Origin: Negaprion brevirostris | Taxonomy: Eukaryota | Length of the DNA: 64,000 nt | Reading direction: 5' to 3' | NCBI GenBank assembly: GCA_030324005.1 | Contig: JARDVH010000001.1 | Location: 93,748,227 to 93,812,226 of the forward strand | Notes under the pieces: generated by a model | Databases searched by the model: none | What the model saw: only the letters and a program-made list of their open reading frames with translations | What the model was told of the DNA's origin: nothing | Position numbers and translations under genes: made by a program | In this document: piece by piece, positions 24,323-37,600 of the stretch | Layout: each line of letters opens with the position of its first letter | Numbering within the stretch: position 1 is the first letter of the stretch

Positions 24323-26113
24323 ATAATAATGTGTGTGTATACACACACAAAACACCTATATATATGAGAAATTTTAGAATCTTAAATTGTATCCTTTGTG
24401 ACTTCGCCAGTAGAAATTTGGAATTGGTGCTACAATATTTGAGATATTTCCAATGATGTGTAATCTAATTTTCATTGTTACTAAAATTCTAGCGTGGGAA
24501 ATTGCAATGATAATTGCTATGCTTTCATCCAGAAGGATTAATAAACTCTGATACCTCATGGTGAGGTCACATCCCCTTTGATACAAAAACTGAGAAAACA
24601 ATATTCTGATTCATAGCAATGTGCTCCAATGTAGTCTGAGGGTTGCATGTTACAATTCGGCGTAGGTGATTTGCCTTCCCCTATATTCAGATATCACCAC
24701 ACGAATCAATTGTGAAATTCTCCATTCTCATTGCTAGAAGAAATGTAATTCTTTGTTTGAGGAACTAAGGCAAATAAAACAGGTAAACGTTTTCTGCTTT
24801 TACATTGGGAATGTCTTACAAATTGAAAGAGCATAAACTTTTGGAATTAATCTTGCATTTGAGGTCCAACATGAGATTTTTAAAAATTTCAGCAGCTTTA
24901 TTGTTACTTTATTGGATACATTTCAGAAGATATTGTCTTGGAGGGGTTCCATATTGTTACCAAACATGGTTTGCATTTACTTAGATAATAAATGATTTGC
25001 AATTAGCCCGGATTGTTTTTTAACTTGTTTCGTAGCGAGCTGCCTGCTTCCTTCAGAATACCAAGTTTAATTCAATGGCACACTGGAGCAGTGAAATTAA
25101 GTACTATTGATGTTTGTGTCAACCTCTGAAGCCTCAAAATCCCTCCTAAAATGAGGTCAACCGCCTTTGAGAGATTGCTATTCACCACGCAGGATCCGCT
25201 CCGTGGGTGTGCCTTAAATTCCTGTGCATTTTCACTTTCTTGATCTCTTGCACCCAACTATAAGATCTTGTTTAGTAAAATATCCATTTGTAGGGTGAAA
25301 GATTGAGGCTGACTGCTAATGTGAGTATAGCATATTGTGGCTGGCAGGAAGGTTGGGTGGATGGTGTCTGTCATAACAAAGTGTATGCAGAAGCATTTTT
25401 GGGGATGAAAAAAGGGGTTGCCTTCAATGTCNNNNNNNNNNGTCAGGTCAACTTGTATGCCACAATCTATGGTAAACAAAGTGTCTAATTTATTCCAGTG
25501 TTCTGCTGTCATCAAAGAATTAAATATTGAGCCATTTCCCTTATATGTCTAGTTTTGCAGAAATTAATGGTCTGAAATTTCCTGGAATGCCGCGTCATTG
25601 TGGATGTTACCATTTTAGATTTTCAAAGCTTATTTCAGGTAGTGGGACCAGTTAGATGTTGTACCAAAGCATAGTCCCAATAAAGTGACACAAATTTTAG
25701 TGATTTGCACCATTTCATACAATGGGAAGAGTTCCAATGGGAAGAGNNNNNNNNNNNNNNNNNNNNNNNNNNNNNNNNNNNNNNNNNNNNNNNNNNNNNN
25801 NNNNNNNNNNNNNNNNNNNNNNNNNNNNNNNNNNNNNNNNNNNNNNNNNNNNNNNNNNNNNNNNNNNNNNNNNNNNNNNNNNNNNNNNNNNNNNNNNNNN
25901 NNNNNNNNNNNNNNNNNNNNNNNNNNNNNNNNNNNNNNNNNNNNNNNNNNNNNNNNNNNNNNNNNNNNNNNNNNNNNNNNNNNNNNNNNNNNNNNNNNNN
26001 NNNNNNNNNNNNNNNNNNNNNNNNNNNNNNNNNNNNNNNNNNNNNNNNNNNNNNNNNNNNNNNNNNNNNNNNNNNNNNNNNNNNNNNNNNNNNNNNNNNN
26101 NNNNNNNNNNNNN

Positions 26114-26460
26114 NGTTTCTGATAGACAAGGGAATTAAGGGTTATGGGGAGAAAGCGGGAAAGTGGAACTGATCCACTTCAGATCAGCCATCATCTTGTT
26201 GAATGGCGGGGCAGGCTCGAAGGGCTAGATGGCCTACTCCTGCTCCTGTTTCTTATGTTCTTATGTAATGAATTCCAGAGGCTCACCACTCTTTTTTTTG
26301 GGTGAAGAAGTGTCCCCTCATCTCCATCCAAAATGGTCTATTCTGAATCCTCAGACTATAACCCCTGGTTCTGGACTCCCCCACCATTGGAAACGTCCTC
26401 CCCGCATTTACCCCATATAGTCCTGTTAGAATTTTATAAGTCTGCATGAGATTCTGCCTC
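26114..26460. mobile_element. Two CR1 LINE 3' fragments in opposite orientations
   Basis: + strand tail AAGGGTTATGGGGAGAAAGCGGGAAAGTGG...GATGGCCTACTCCTGCTCCT...TTCTTATGTTCTTATG, then - strand GAATTCCAGAGGCTCACCACTCT...CCTGGTTCTGGACTCCCCCACC. Confidence 0.7.
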
Positions 26461-27979
26461 ATTAAGCCGTGGATTGATCATCTTGGGACTGTAAACCCAA
26501 GGAATGCAATGCAAGACAAGACTACAACAAGCCATTGAATTTTTAATGAACAGGGAAAAAAAGCTCGTAATCATCAAATAGCAAGTTGTGTTGTAAACTT
26601 TTGCCCTGACAACTCCATCCTGAAAACTTCAAGAAGATCGAACAGTTATAAAGTAGGTAGATATGATGAGGTCTACGTGCCTCAGCACCCAGCTACATTC
26701 TTGGACAGCAGTCCTGAGAATGACCTATTAACGACGCACTGGCTGCATTTAAGCATTGTCAAAAAATGGCCATGGTATAAAGAGACAGTATTAATGACAA
26801 GTTAGTTAATTATCAGGATGTACGTAGTTATTGTGCCCAAGTGAAAGGTTTCCTATGACAACATTGTAAATAGTACACATTTTACTGATTGTTTTTTTTT
26901 CTTAAATACAACAAATGGGTCTGGCTTCAATCCACCCAAAAACAGCATAAAAATGCAAAGTGCAACCATTCACTCACCATTTGCAATGCTGTGTTCAAAA
27001 GTGTGGTTGAGGGTAAGAAGGAGCAAGAGGAAATAGCCTCTACCGGCAGGAATTCTGTTCTCTGGTGACACCACAATTCATCTCTAGGCCTGGGTGAGCC
27101 TTGTACCCATTTTTACCGAGCTACAAGTCTGACATACTGATGGGGATTAGTTGAGAGCCTAATGCCATTCCAAAACAGCATGGGGTAGAGTTGTTTTTGG
27201 CTCCCTATAGCCATCTGTTGCAATAGAGCTGCTGAGCTAGGGATGAGCCCTGAATTGCCTGGTCTCATTTGTATGACTGACAGAGTCTTGGAAAGAAGCC
27301 ATGGCCTCGGAAGTGCTGCCCTTTGAACTCCATTTGCATGTCTCTGTGATCAAGTTAAATCATTTTAAGAATAGAGCAGATACTTAACCAAACTTGACTT
27401 ACAAAGGCCTTTGTCCTGAACTTTCCAATCTTGTGATTGGTAACCGGAGCAAGTTATTTGCTGCACCACTGAGGTTGTCTGCCATTAAGCTTGGTGTGAT
27501 GAATCAACGTGCATCAAGATTTCCTGGAAAATTCACTTTAATAACTGGAAGATTGGAAAGCTCAGTTACATGATTTTGCAGTATAAGTTGCACATTTTGC
27601 TGTTTTCTGGAAAGTCTAGTGCATTGACTTTCCTTTGTTTTCTAAGCATAATTGTACTGCTATCCATCTGATTTGTAGGAATGAATGATTAGTAAAGGGC
27701 TTTATGCAGTACCTAAAATGCCATTGACACCTCATGTCTCAACTGTAAAACTCTCAGTCATTAACTTTAACTATATGTTGGTTGTATAGAAGATCTCTTG
27801 CATTTGAAAAATACATTTTAAAACATAACTATATTGAATATAAAATTGTGCTGTAGGACTATCATTTCAGTCTTTGTGCCCAAATAATTCTATCTGTTAG
27901 TTTTTTGTAGTTACAAAAAATATATTTGATTTGTGCTGTATAGTAGATTAAAATGTTTTTGCACTTGTTTTATTTGAAG

Positions 27980-28059
27980 ACTGTGAACCAGAAGAAGTGA
28001 CTGACTGGTCTATGAATGAAAACTGTTCATTTTGCTGCATAAGAAGAGAAAAAGTCAAG
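27980..28059 (+). CDS. LCORL: LCORL coding exon (human exon 3 equivalent)
   Basis: tttgaAG|AC TGT GAA...GTC AAG|GTaagt; 80 nt; encodes [27 protein letters not shown] (human DCEPEELTDWSMDEKCSFC); phase continues from the previous exon. Confidence 0.95.
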
Positions 28060-28224
28060 GTAAGTCCAAAAACTACATAAGTGACTTGTTAAAATAATAG
28101 CTTTAGCTATCTCCTTTATTTATCTTATTTTAATCAGACATACACCTATATCTTGAGGTCAGATCTTTTTAATTTAAAATAATACTGCACAAAATTCACT
28201 TCCAATTTTTAATCCTGCTGATTG

Positions 28225-28930
28225 AGAAACATTAAGAATTAAGAGCAAGAGTAGGCCATTTCAGCCCTTTGAGCCTTCTGTGCTATCCAATGTGATCATG
28301 GCTGACCTGATTGTGGCTTTTCCTGTCTGTATACAATCCTTGAACAAAAATCTAACTCAACCTTGAATATATCCAATGACTCAAGCTCCACTGTTCTTCC
28401 TGCCAACGTGGGTGTGTTCACATTTTCTCACACTGTACTCCATCTGCCAAATTTTTACCCACTGATTTAATCTATCTGAATCCCGGTTCTTAAGTCCTCT
28501 TGTCAGCTTAATTTTCCACCTATCATTGTGCCCTCTGCTACCATACTTTTGGTCCCTACACACAAATATTTGACACAGGTTGTAAACAGTTGCAGATCCA
28601 GCACTGATCACAGTGGTGCTCCATACATTACATCTTGCCAACCTGCAAATAATTTATCCCTAGCTGCTGCTTCCTATAGTTAACCAATCCCCTAACCATG
28701 CTAATATTGTACCCTGCCTGCCCCTTATCCACGTTGTTTGTTACTTTCTGAAAGAACTCGAATAGATTCATCAAACACTATTTCCCTTCCACATAATTGG
28801 GCAGAATCAATATGATTTAATTATGACTTCCTAAATATCCTGCTATTAACTCCTTAATAATGGATTCTAGCCTTTTCTCTGAGAAATATTAGGCTAGCTG
28901 GCCTATCGTTCCTGCTTTCTGTCTTTCTTG
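28225..28930 (-). mobile_element. Decayed CR1 LINE
   Basis: GAGCAAGAGTAGGCCATTTCAGCCCTTTGAGCC reverse tail; ORF 28381..28641(-) DSDRLNQWVKIWQMEYSVRKCEHTHVGRKN matches CR1 RT C-terminus. Confidence 0.75.
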
Positions 28931-30149
28931 AACAATGTTTGACAGAAATAGTTAGACATGACAGCGACAATACACTTTGCTTGGCAGTAGGTTTTCCAGA
29001 GATTGTAAATGTGCTGCAGAATCTTTTGTGCGTGCACATCAGGCAGAAACTTTAGTTGAATGGTACAGCTGGAGCTAATTTGTTGAATCATAAGCAAAAG
29101 ATGTGCATTTATTATCCATTTTGACATATATGGCCTTTCCCATTTCCGTTGAGATGCCATTTTTGAAGAACAGGTGAGATTTGTGTCACGCAGTAGAAAA
29201 ACTTGTTAGATTCAATATTGAACTCTTTTGAAATTCATTCTACCATTGAGAATGACGAGTTAATCTAAATTCAAGGATCTCAGCTTGAATATGCTAGCCA
29301 TGGAGTTTTAGATTTCTCAAAACTACTGTGAACTTGTAGCTTATGGCCTGCTCCACTCTGACCTCAAACTAATTCACAAGCTTGCCTAATGCAATAGCGA
29401 AGGTGAGAATTTCAGCTCCCAAGAATAGTGATTTCCCTCATAGGGTATGCTTCAGTGTGGCCTTGCTGGATGCTGTAGTAAGAGTGAGAAGGACATGCGA
29501 AGTGGTTCTGTGACTGGAAGCTATACCCACACAATCTGTCAAAACCAAGCTGTTTCAGCGTCTGTGATGTTTTAAAAAGTCAAATGAAAATCATAGTTTA
29601 CGTCAGATTAATTTGTTTATAAATATTTAACAATCATAACTTTATTTTTTTAAGTTGGATGAAAGGCATCTAAATGTGATATGGTGAAACATTTTAAGTC
29701 TTAAATCCTGTTTAAAATACCATTTACATTAAAACATTTTATGTAGTCAAGCCAAATCTTGTTAGCTGCCTTTCAACATTGAAAAGTCTGGTCAAGAGTT
29801 GAAAAATCTGTGTCCCACAGCTGTCCTGGGATTTTCTGATGGCAGTGTCCTTGAATATTTGTGAAATGCGAGAATGCATGAAGTAACACCTTTAAAAAGT
29901 ATATATGTTTTTGACAAAGTAACTTGTTAGTGGGCATCAGTGCAAATGCTGATTACTGCTGTCTTGTTTTGATGCTCAGGTTAGTGAGTGATACAGCATA
30001 ATCTCCACTGCAGCAAAGATAGGCTCACTAACTTCTGGGTTTGCGCTCTGCTTTGCTGCATGCTACATAAGTTCTTGGGACTTCTTATTGTGCAATCGTG
30101 ATGATCACTGAAAGCACCACCATCATTGCCTCTGCAAATTTGGGACTTT

Positions 30150-30515
30150 GGTTTTGAGCTACTAAACTCGATCAGTGTCATCCTCACGCCTCTGAGTTAG
30201 AAGTTGAGAGTTCAAAATGCATTTCAGTGCAAACAAATATATGTAACTTGGAGTGCTGAAGGAGTGTTGCGTCATTGAATGTGTCAACCTTCAGTCAAGG
30301 CATTAAATTGAAACCTCAAACCCCTTTCTTTAGGTGGATGTTGGCAATCCTGTAGTAATATTTTCTGAGTAATAAGCAGTTGATCTAACCAACATTCCTC
30401 TCCTTGCCATCGCACAAATACTGCTTGTGGGTTCTTGTTTTGCATAATGGCTCCTGCATTCGCCTATGGAAAGTTGTTGCATGGCAATGTAATTTTTATA
30501 TGTGAAGCACTATTA
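30150..30515 (+). mobile_element. Decayed DeuSINE
   Basis: GCCTCTGAGTTAGAAGTTG.GAGTTCAA...TGCTGAAGGAGTGTTGC...AGGTGGATGTT...TGTGAAGCAC; colinear with 62900-63125. Confidence 0.55.
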
Positions 30516-31172
30516 AAGAAAATTACGCATATGGACTGCAAAGAGTTCAAGATGACCCATCGCCAACTTCTGTTGCCCAAGATGGGCAACAAATGCCAAT
30601 GATTCCCATATTCCAAGAAGTTTGTTTTTCTTTTATCCATCTTCCACCACTACCCATTCCATTCAATTTCTTGCTGAGATCTGAATAAATATTGTTCTTA
30701 AATTTCACTTCTGCCATTTGAAAAAACAGCTGTTATGAAGTGTGGTTATTCTAACTTCTATCACAGTAGGCGAATATATGAAGAAATATGAATGCAGATT
30801 TCATCAAACGGTGCTTGGCACATGCTGGTCCCTAATCTGGCACACCAATGTCAGCTTGCCATTTCTAAATTTAAGTTCAATTAAATTTTCATATTCTCAG
30901 ATCTGCAAGTTATTTTGGAACAAGAAAGAGAGAAACATTAGCTACGTGATCTGCTCAGTAATAGCAATTTACTGCATAGAATTGACAATCCAGTGCAGGA
31001 ATTTTTTAATGTATTTTTAAACTTAGAAGTAAGCAAACTCTGTGTACACACCTACTTTGTATACACCTATTTCATCTGTCTTCAGAATGTTTTGTAATCT
31101 ATTCAATTGTTTTAGAACTGGTCTACTTTAGGGCATGATTTGTTTCATTTTTTATAAGTAAAACTTCTTACA

Positions 31173-31465
31173 AGGGCAGCACATTGGCAAAGTGGTTAGC
31201 ATTGCTGCCTCTCAAGACCAGGGATTCGGGTTCAAGTCTGGCCTTGGAGTCACTGCCTGTGTGAATTTTGCACGATCTCCCCATATCTGCATGGATTTCC
31301 TCTGGGTGCTCTGATTTCCTCCCACATTCCAAATATGTGCAGGTTAGGTTGATTAGCCATGCTAAATAGCCTCTTCCAGGGACCAGCAGGGTAAATATGT
31401 GGGGTTACAGGGTTAGGACTTGGATGGATTGTTGTCGGTGCCAACTAGATGGGCTGAATGGATTC
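31173..31465 (+). mobile_element. HE1 V-SINE, older copy
   Basis: GGGCAGCACATTGGCAAAGTGGTTAGCATTGCTGCCTC...GGGTTCAAGTC...GTGCAGGTTAGGTTGATTAGCCATGCTAAAT...GATGGGCTGAATGG. Confidence 0.85.
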
Positions 31466-31504
31466 TGTGAAGTATGGTAGCCTAATGTTGCTAAATTGTG
31501 CAAT

Positions 31505-32050
31505 CAAAAGAGAAAGTGCTGGAAAATCTCAGGTCTTGCAGCATCTGTAATGAGAAAAGAGCTAATGTTTTGAGTTCAGATGACCCTTTGTGAAAGCTGA
31601 AAGCCATAGAAAGTGGGAGATGTTTATACTGCGGGGTGAGGGAATGAAATATGAGCCATAGCCATAGAAACCAGGAGAAAAGGCTGCTAATGGCAGTCCA
31701 TAGATAGAACAAAGGGTGTGAATGGCCTTTTTCTAAATTTAACCCCTCCTCCCTCCCCATCTTCATCTGTCACAGCTTACTCTCACCCTCTGATTTCAGC
31801 TTTTCTGCCGTTTGGTTGTTCACACCCTTTATTTTCTCTATAGACTGCCATTAGCTACTTTTCCCCTGGTTTCTGTAGCTGTGGCTCATGTTTCATTCCC
31901 TCACCCTGCAGTATAAATATCTCACATTTTCAATGTCTTCTGGCTTTCACAAAGGGTCATCTGGACAGGAAATGTCTGCTGTTTTCTCTCCTTACAGATG
32001 CTGCCAGACTTGCCAAGATTATCCAGCATCAGCAATAATTTGCTTTTATC
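31505..32050. mobile_element. Penelope-like element remnant forming a long inverted repeat
   Basis: Arms 31517-31727 and 31814-32028 are reverse complements; termini TGCTGGAAAATCTCAG...GCAGCATCTGT and ACAGATGCTGCCAGACTTG...TCCAGCA are typical of shark PLE ends. Confidence 0.75.
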
Positions 32051-32295
32051 CAGTTATTAATTTGTCAGCCTGCAGAATTTGAAAATCACCAATCATAGGA
32101 GAACAGCGCTTCACCTGTTGGAGTGAATAATGTGCAAATTCAAGTTATTTTACCAAATATACTCAATTTCACAATTATTCCTATGCATTTTGCATTTTCA
32201 GCCATTTATTTACCAATTCAGCTGCATTGGATGCCATTGTGGTGATCCTCTGTTTGCTGTTTTGCTACTTTGGACCTCTACCTGTCTCTTATTAC

Positions 32296-32690
32296 AAAGA
32301 ACACAGAAAATTTACAGTGCAGGAACAGGCCCTCCGGCTCTCCAAGCCTGCACTGACCATGCTACCCGAGTTAACTAAAACCCACTACCCTTCCAGGGAC
32401 CATATCCCTCTACTCCCATCTTATTCATGTATTTGTAAAGATGCCTCTTAAAATGCACTATCGTATCTGCTTCCACTACCTCCCCGGCAACGAGTTCCAG
32501 GCACCCACCACCTTCTGTGTAAAAAAAAAAAACTGCCTTGTACAACTCCTTTAAATCTTGCTCCTTGCACCTTAAACCTGTGCGCCCTAGTAATTGACTC
32601 TCCCACCCTGGGAAAAAGCTTCTGGCTATCTACTCTGTCCATGCCTCTCAACCTTGTAGACTTCTATCAGGTCTCCCCTCAACCTCTGTC
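32296..32690 (-). mobile_element. CR1/HER1 LINE 3' end
   Basis: ORF 32448..32651(-) MRGMDRVDSQKLFPRVGESITRAHRFKV matches the CR1 ORF2 C-terminus; reverse tail AAAGAACACAGAAAATTTACAGTGCAGGAACAGGCCC. Confidence 0.85.
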
Positions 32691-34552
32691 AAGACCTACT
32701 ATTAGCAACATCAGTAATTTCTTTGATCATTTAATAACACACATCAATACTTTATTGTGAATACAGAGTTGGTTGGCATTTTGTTGTTTCAGAGCTGGTG
32801 ACCTGTATGAGATCCATAACTGTATGTAATGCAGCTTCTTCTGAAAATTTAAAATGCTGAAAGTAGTTGTTCGTGCATTCTATTTTTGTTACAGGCACTA
32901 ACATAAACTCTATAGTTGTCAACAATGGAGACTCGTGTTGCAGCATTTCTGATAACTTGTTTAAAATTCTACTATTAATTTGAATGCAGGTCTGATGAGA
33001 TATTAGACTCAGAGATTAAGATTCAGAAAAGACATCTGAGCAGACTACTTTTGACAATGAAAATCAATTTGGAGGTTCCAGTGTACTCAGACAATAACTT
33101 GTATGCTCATGTGAGCTTGGCATCAGGTGGCTGGTGAGAACGACATTGGGAGGCAGGATAGGCTGTTTGCTTGATGTTTCTGCTGGCATGACATCGAACA
33201 AAGAAGAGGTTAAGAGACCATGTCCTTTCAGTATAGATGAGAAAAGAGACAAGTGGGCAGTCAGTAGATTTTTTTAAATAAATATTTTTCTTTTGAGAGC
33301 TAATATTGAACTTGAGAGCATTCTTTTTATAAAAACGTCCACTTCGTTTGCCTTCAAGTTGACTTCAGTTTTACAGCAAGGTAAATTTTCAAAGGACTTT
33401 TGTAACTACTTTTTGACATTTTCTATGGGACTATTGCATAATCAGTCCCTCCAGGTGTGGATTTGAAATTGATCTTGTGATGCTCTTGGAGTAAAGGAAG
33501 AAATGGGACAGAAATGCGAGAAACAAAATTAAGGGTCATAAAATAGAATTCTATTTTTACCTAAGCCTATATTTGCATGATGTAAGGGATCTGTTATATT
33601 TTAGTTTAATAAGAAAAGCAGTATTGGGTGTTATAAGGACTATGGGGAATCAGCGACCATAACAATTTAAAATGTGAACATGTGAAGAAATGGAAGTACT
33701 CGACTGAAAAACTCCGTTGTACTGAGAACTATCCTAAACAAAAGTTAACAACATAGTTGATCAATGGAAAATACTCAGAGGATATGATTAGGATAGATGG
33801 ATAGATCTCATTAGTAAAGACTGTAGTACCTTGCATGAGTAGCAAAATTAATATGTGACAGATTGGAGTTAAATTTTTAAAAAAATCAAAAACAAAATAG
33901 ACCAATCAAAAATATAAGTTTAAAAAATGATGTGGGCAACTCACTACAAGTTACAAAAAGTACAAAGTAAAGGAATAGTTTAAAAAAGACAGGACTGATG
34001 AGATGTGAGAATGAAGGAATGTTAAATGAGTGTTAATTTTCAGAGTAGAGTATGGTCTCAGGAACTTAGGCTACAAATGGAGCCTGGAGCAGTTTGGACT
34101 TGAAAGATTGAAGAAACTTAAATAGAAAAGGCACTAGACCAGGATGGTGTGCATCATAGAACACACAGATCGAGAAGAAATAGTGGGGAGGTTCTGGTCA
34201 CAATTTTTCAAACATCCTTGAACTTGTATTGATATCTCCAGAGAACTGAAGAATAACCAATCCAATTTAGCCCTTTCAAAAAGGGCTAAAACCTGATAAA
34301 ACTACAGATGTGTCCAACATGGAAGATAAATTTCTTATGCCATAATGTGTTGAAAATAATATTTAATTGAGGATTCATAATTGTAAATTAACTTTATGCT
34401 GGGATTTGGAAATTTTGGTTGTTTGTATTCTATCATTAGCACTAGCTTTTAGTAATGTTATGGTCCCAATATTTTGACTGTGAAACTTAACCTTTTTCTT
34501 CCATTTGGTTTATCTCAAAATATTTCTGTACACAATTCGTTACTATTTCTAG

Positions 34553-34685
34553 GATCATATCTCGTCTGTGAGTGCACCTACAACACTGACATCTACTGAG
34601 GAATCTCTATCTCAGGGGCAGTCCCACACTGAAAAGCTTGAATGCCAAGCAGACAAGTTTCTTAATGCTATCTTTCACAAAAAAG
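34553..34685 (+). CDS. LCORL: LCORL coding exon (human exon 4 equivalent)
   Basis: tatttctAG|GAT CAT ATC...AAA AAA G|GTata; 133 nt; encodes [44 protein letters not shown] (human ...[25 protein letters not shown]). Confidence 0.94.
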
Positions 34686-37600
34686 GTATAATGTTATATT
34701 TTCATGTACATAATAAGGCTTGTTGAAGCTTCAGTTTTAAGTTGTATGTTATTTTGAGTTGAATATTTTCAGTATTGATTGCTGTGCATGAAAGTGATGT
34801 GTGTTGGGTGACAGTGATGCTTAAGACATATGTTTAATTAACACAGTGGTGCCCAAGGGATTGTACACGGATGTCAGTTTTGGGTCTACTGTTTATACGT
34901 TCTGTATGCTCCTAATGTTCTCTGCCAGGTTTANNNNNNNNNNNNNNNNNNNNNNNNNNNNNNNNNNNNNNNNNNNNNNNNNNNNNNNNNNNNNCCTATA
35001 TTATTATTATTTTAATGGCTTTGTAGGCCTGGAATTCTCTGGATTGGTATAAACAGCAGTGAATTGTTCACTAAAATCTCCACATTGATCTTACTGAAAG
35101 CGACTTGCAGTGCAGTTTCCAATGAATTTTAACCACATGTGCCCAAACATATAACACAACAAGCTCAGAAGGGGCTTAAGTAACTGCTGGGAAATGTGAG
35201 CAGCCATTGCATGACGGTCAGATGAGATGAGACCAAAAGTGAAGCTTGGGCATTGTGGTAAGTGGAGCATGGTTTTCTCTGTCCAATTTCTTTTTATTAA
35301 AAAATACTTTAAAAGTTGTTTCCTGTGCCTCAACGCTATCTCTCTTTTTTACAGTGATATCCACTGAGAAGAGGGTCAGCAGTTTCTTGTCGAATGACCT
35401 GCAATAAATTGAGTTGAGGAGGAGCTGGATGCTTAATGGATAAAGGTTGCCCATATCCATTTAGTAATCTTAGCTAGGATCACTGGAAGAAGGTCTTACC
35501 AACAGCTTGTAGAAAGTCTGTGCCCCCTCCCCACCCCAATGGACCCCTGAACAGTGTCATAGAAAATGCATCTATCTGGTCAGAGCTGGCAGGGTAAGAC
35601 ATTCACCAGCTCTCTTTCAAAAAATCAGACAAGAGCATTGATGTTGAAATGCTCTATGAGCAGCGCATCTTATTTTTGTCATATAACCTGCACTGGCAGG
35701 TGCTAGTTCTTTAAAATATAGCATCCAAACAATATCTGTAGTACTAGCTACATCTGATGTTCAGTGAAAACACCTGGTCTTAGTCGTTGACACACCCCTT
35801 TAATCTCTGGTTAACTAAAGAGAGATATTTTTGAACTGTGACTTCCAGTGTCAACCAGGCAGCAACAAGCTGTAAAGGGTGAACCTGACTGAAGGGCGCA
35901 AAAATCTGAGTGTGGTGTGCGTATGTACATATGTACATAGGTGGGAGGAGGGAAAAGAGCACCTCTAACAGAAAATGATACAACAGTCGCAAACCATTGC
36001 ACAGGTGCTATTGAAGTGGGACAGAGTGTCTTCTGGCGGGAGTGCAATTTCTTCAGCCCCCCTGATCCCAAAGACACTCAGGCCACATCACTCAGTTGAC
36101 TTGTCAAAGGCAGCCATTTGGAGACAGGCACTCTAAGCAACCTGTAAGGCAACACCTAGTAAGCGGCCTTGCTGACTTGACAACCTGGGAAATCAGAGAC
36201 CAATGAGGAGGAGGAGTAGACATCAGCCAAATTGTGAAGAGTCATGTGAACCAGACCTAACAGATTTGTTTTTTAAATTATATGTTTTGAGCACAATAGA
36301 TACGTGTGAGTCATTGACAGTTGTTCACACTGGCTGCAAAGGCATTCCTGTAATTTCTGCCAAAATGATGGATTCCCCACTGGAATTGGACTGCATTCAT
36401 TGATTTTGGGGGACACAGTAAATGGTACTTTCTAGTCTTTTACTTGAGCAATCACTTGAGGCTTCTGGGATGTGGCATCGCTCAGTCAGCCGATGTTTGT
36501 GGCAGGCAAGATTGGGCTTCCAAGATGCTCTCTCTAAAGATGTGACCAGCAACCAGATCCCTCCCAAGAACCAACTGCTGTGTGTTGAGAGACTGCTGAA
36601 CCCCATTCTCCTTCAGTCCAGAATTGGAGGTAGTGAAGCTGCCATGAATGATCTCATTGAAATCGGCAGCTGCAACAGCATATTTTAAGGGTCACGTTTT
36701 TGGCACATTGTGTTCAAGAATTAGTGAATGTCTGCTTGCTGGGTCTATCTGTTTCAGCCCCTTTTGATCCAGGGACTGCTTTGTACAATGCCATAACTGC
36801 ATGATCAGTTTACTGTTTTGTGTAGTTGCTGATTGGGCTGTTTTTTGGACAATAATGTACAGTTGCTCCTTTTGCTCTACAACTGCCTTTGGCAATGTGC
36901 TTTTTAACCTGCAACTTCTATGGACTGGACTGTTAATGCTTTCTTTTTATATTGAGTCATTAATGCAGTTGATGGCGAAAGTAAGGTGTTTTTGTTTGGA
37001 TTAACAAATATTTAAGCAGTGTTTATAGAAAAATGTCAACTTAAATTTGGGTACTTTTTTTAGTTTGATACTCAACTACCTCAGCACTGTTACTGATGCT
37101 GGCCTTTCGTTGCAGTCGCACCTTTAAGGTTCACAATGAAATAATGCTCAGTGGAGAGTGTTTGTTTATATAACATTCTGAATCCCAAAACTTTCAAGGT
37201 TCATGTGTTTCCATTGAGCAGTGTAGAAGGTTCTGGACCTTGCCACTGTTTTCTATTTGAAAGTTTACTTGTTTGAGGTTTGAGTCATGTTTGGAGTGAC
37301 ATTGTTGAATAAAGTTTTAATTATATCTGGTGTTGCCTGGTCTTCAGTCTTTGCAACAACTTCCCCAAAGGAAACTAGCAACTGAAATGGTTTGTGAATT
37401 GCTGATGCTACTGGTGGGGATTCTTTGAAGGTGGGGCAATCAGTTGCTGAGCGCTTTTCCTGGGAGCTGCTGTCTGATTTTCTTGTTCACTTGGCTATGG
37501 AACTAAGGTCTTGAAATCTTCCGATTTAATGAATCCTCACCAGGCACTTTCTGACTAATCCCTTCCAGCAAGACAAAAAAGGGCACAACAATCTTTGCCT

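Noticed and set aside
16480-30515. Oppositely oriented DeuSINE copies flanking two exons as possible circRNA drivers
   Set aside because: The copies are heavily diverged and about 13 kb apart; stable pairing is not supported by what I can see.
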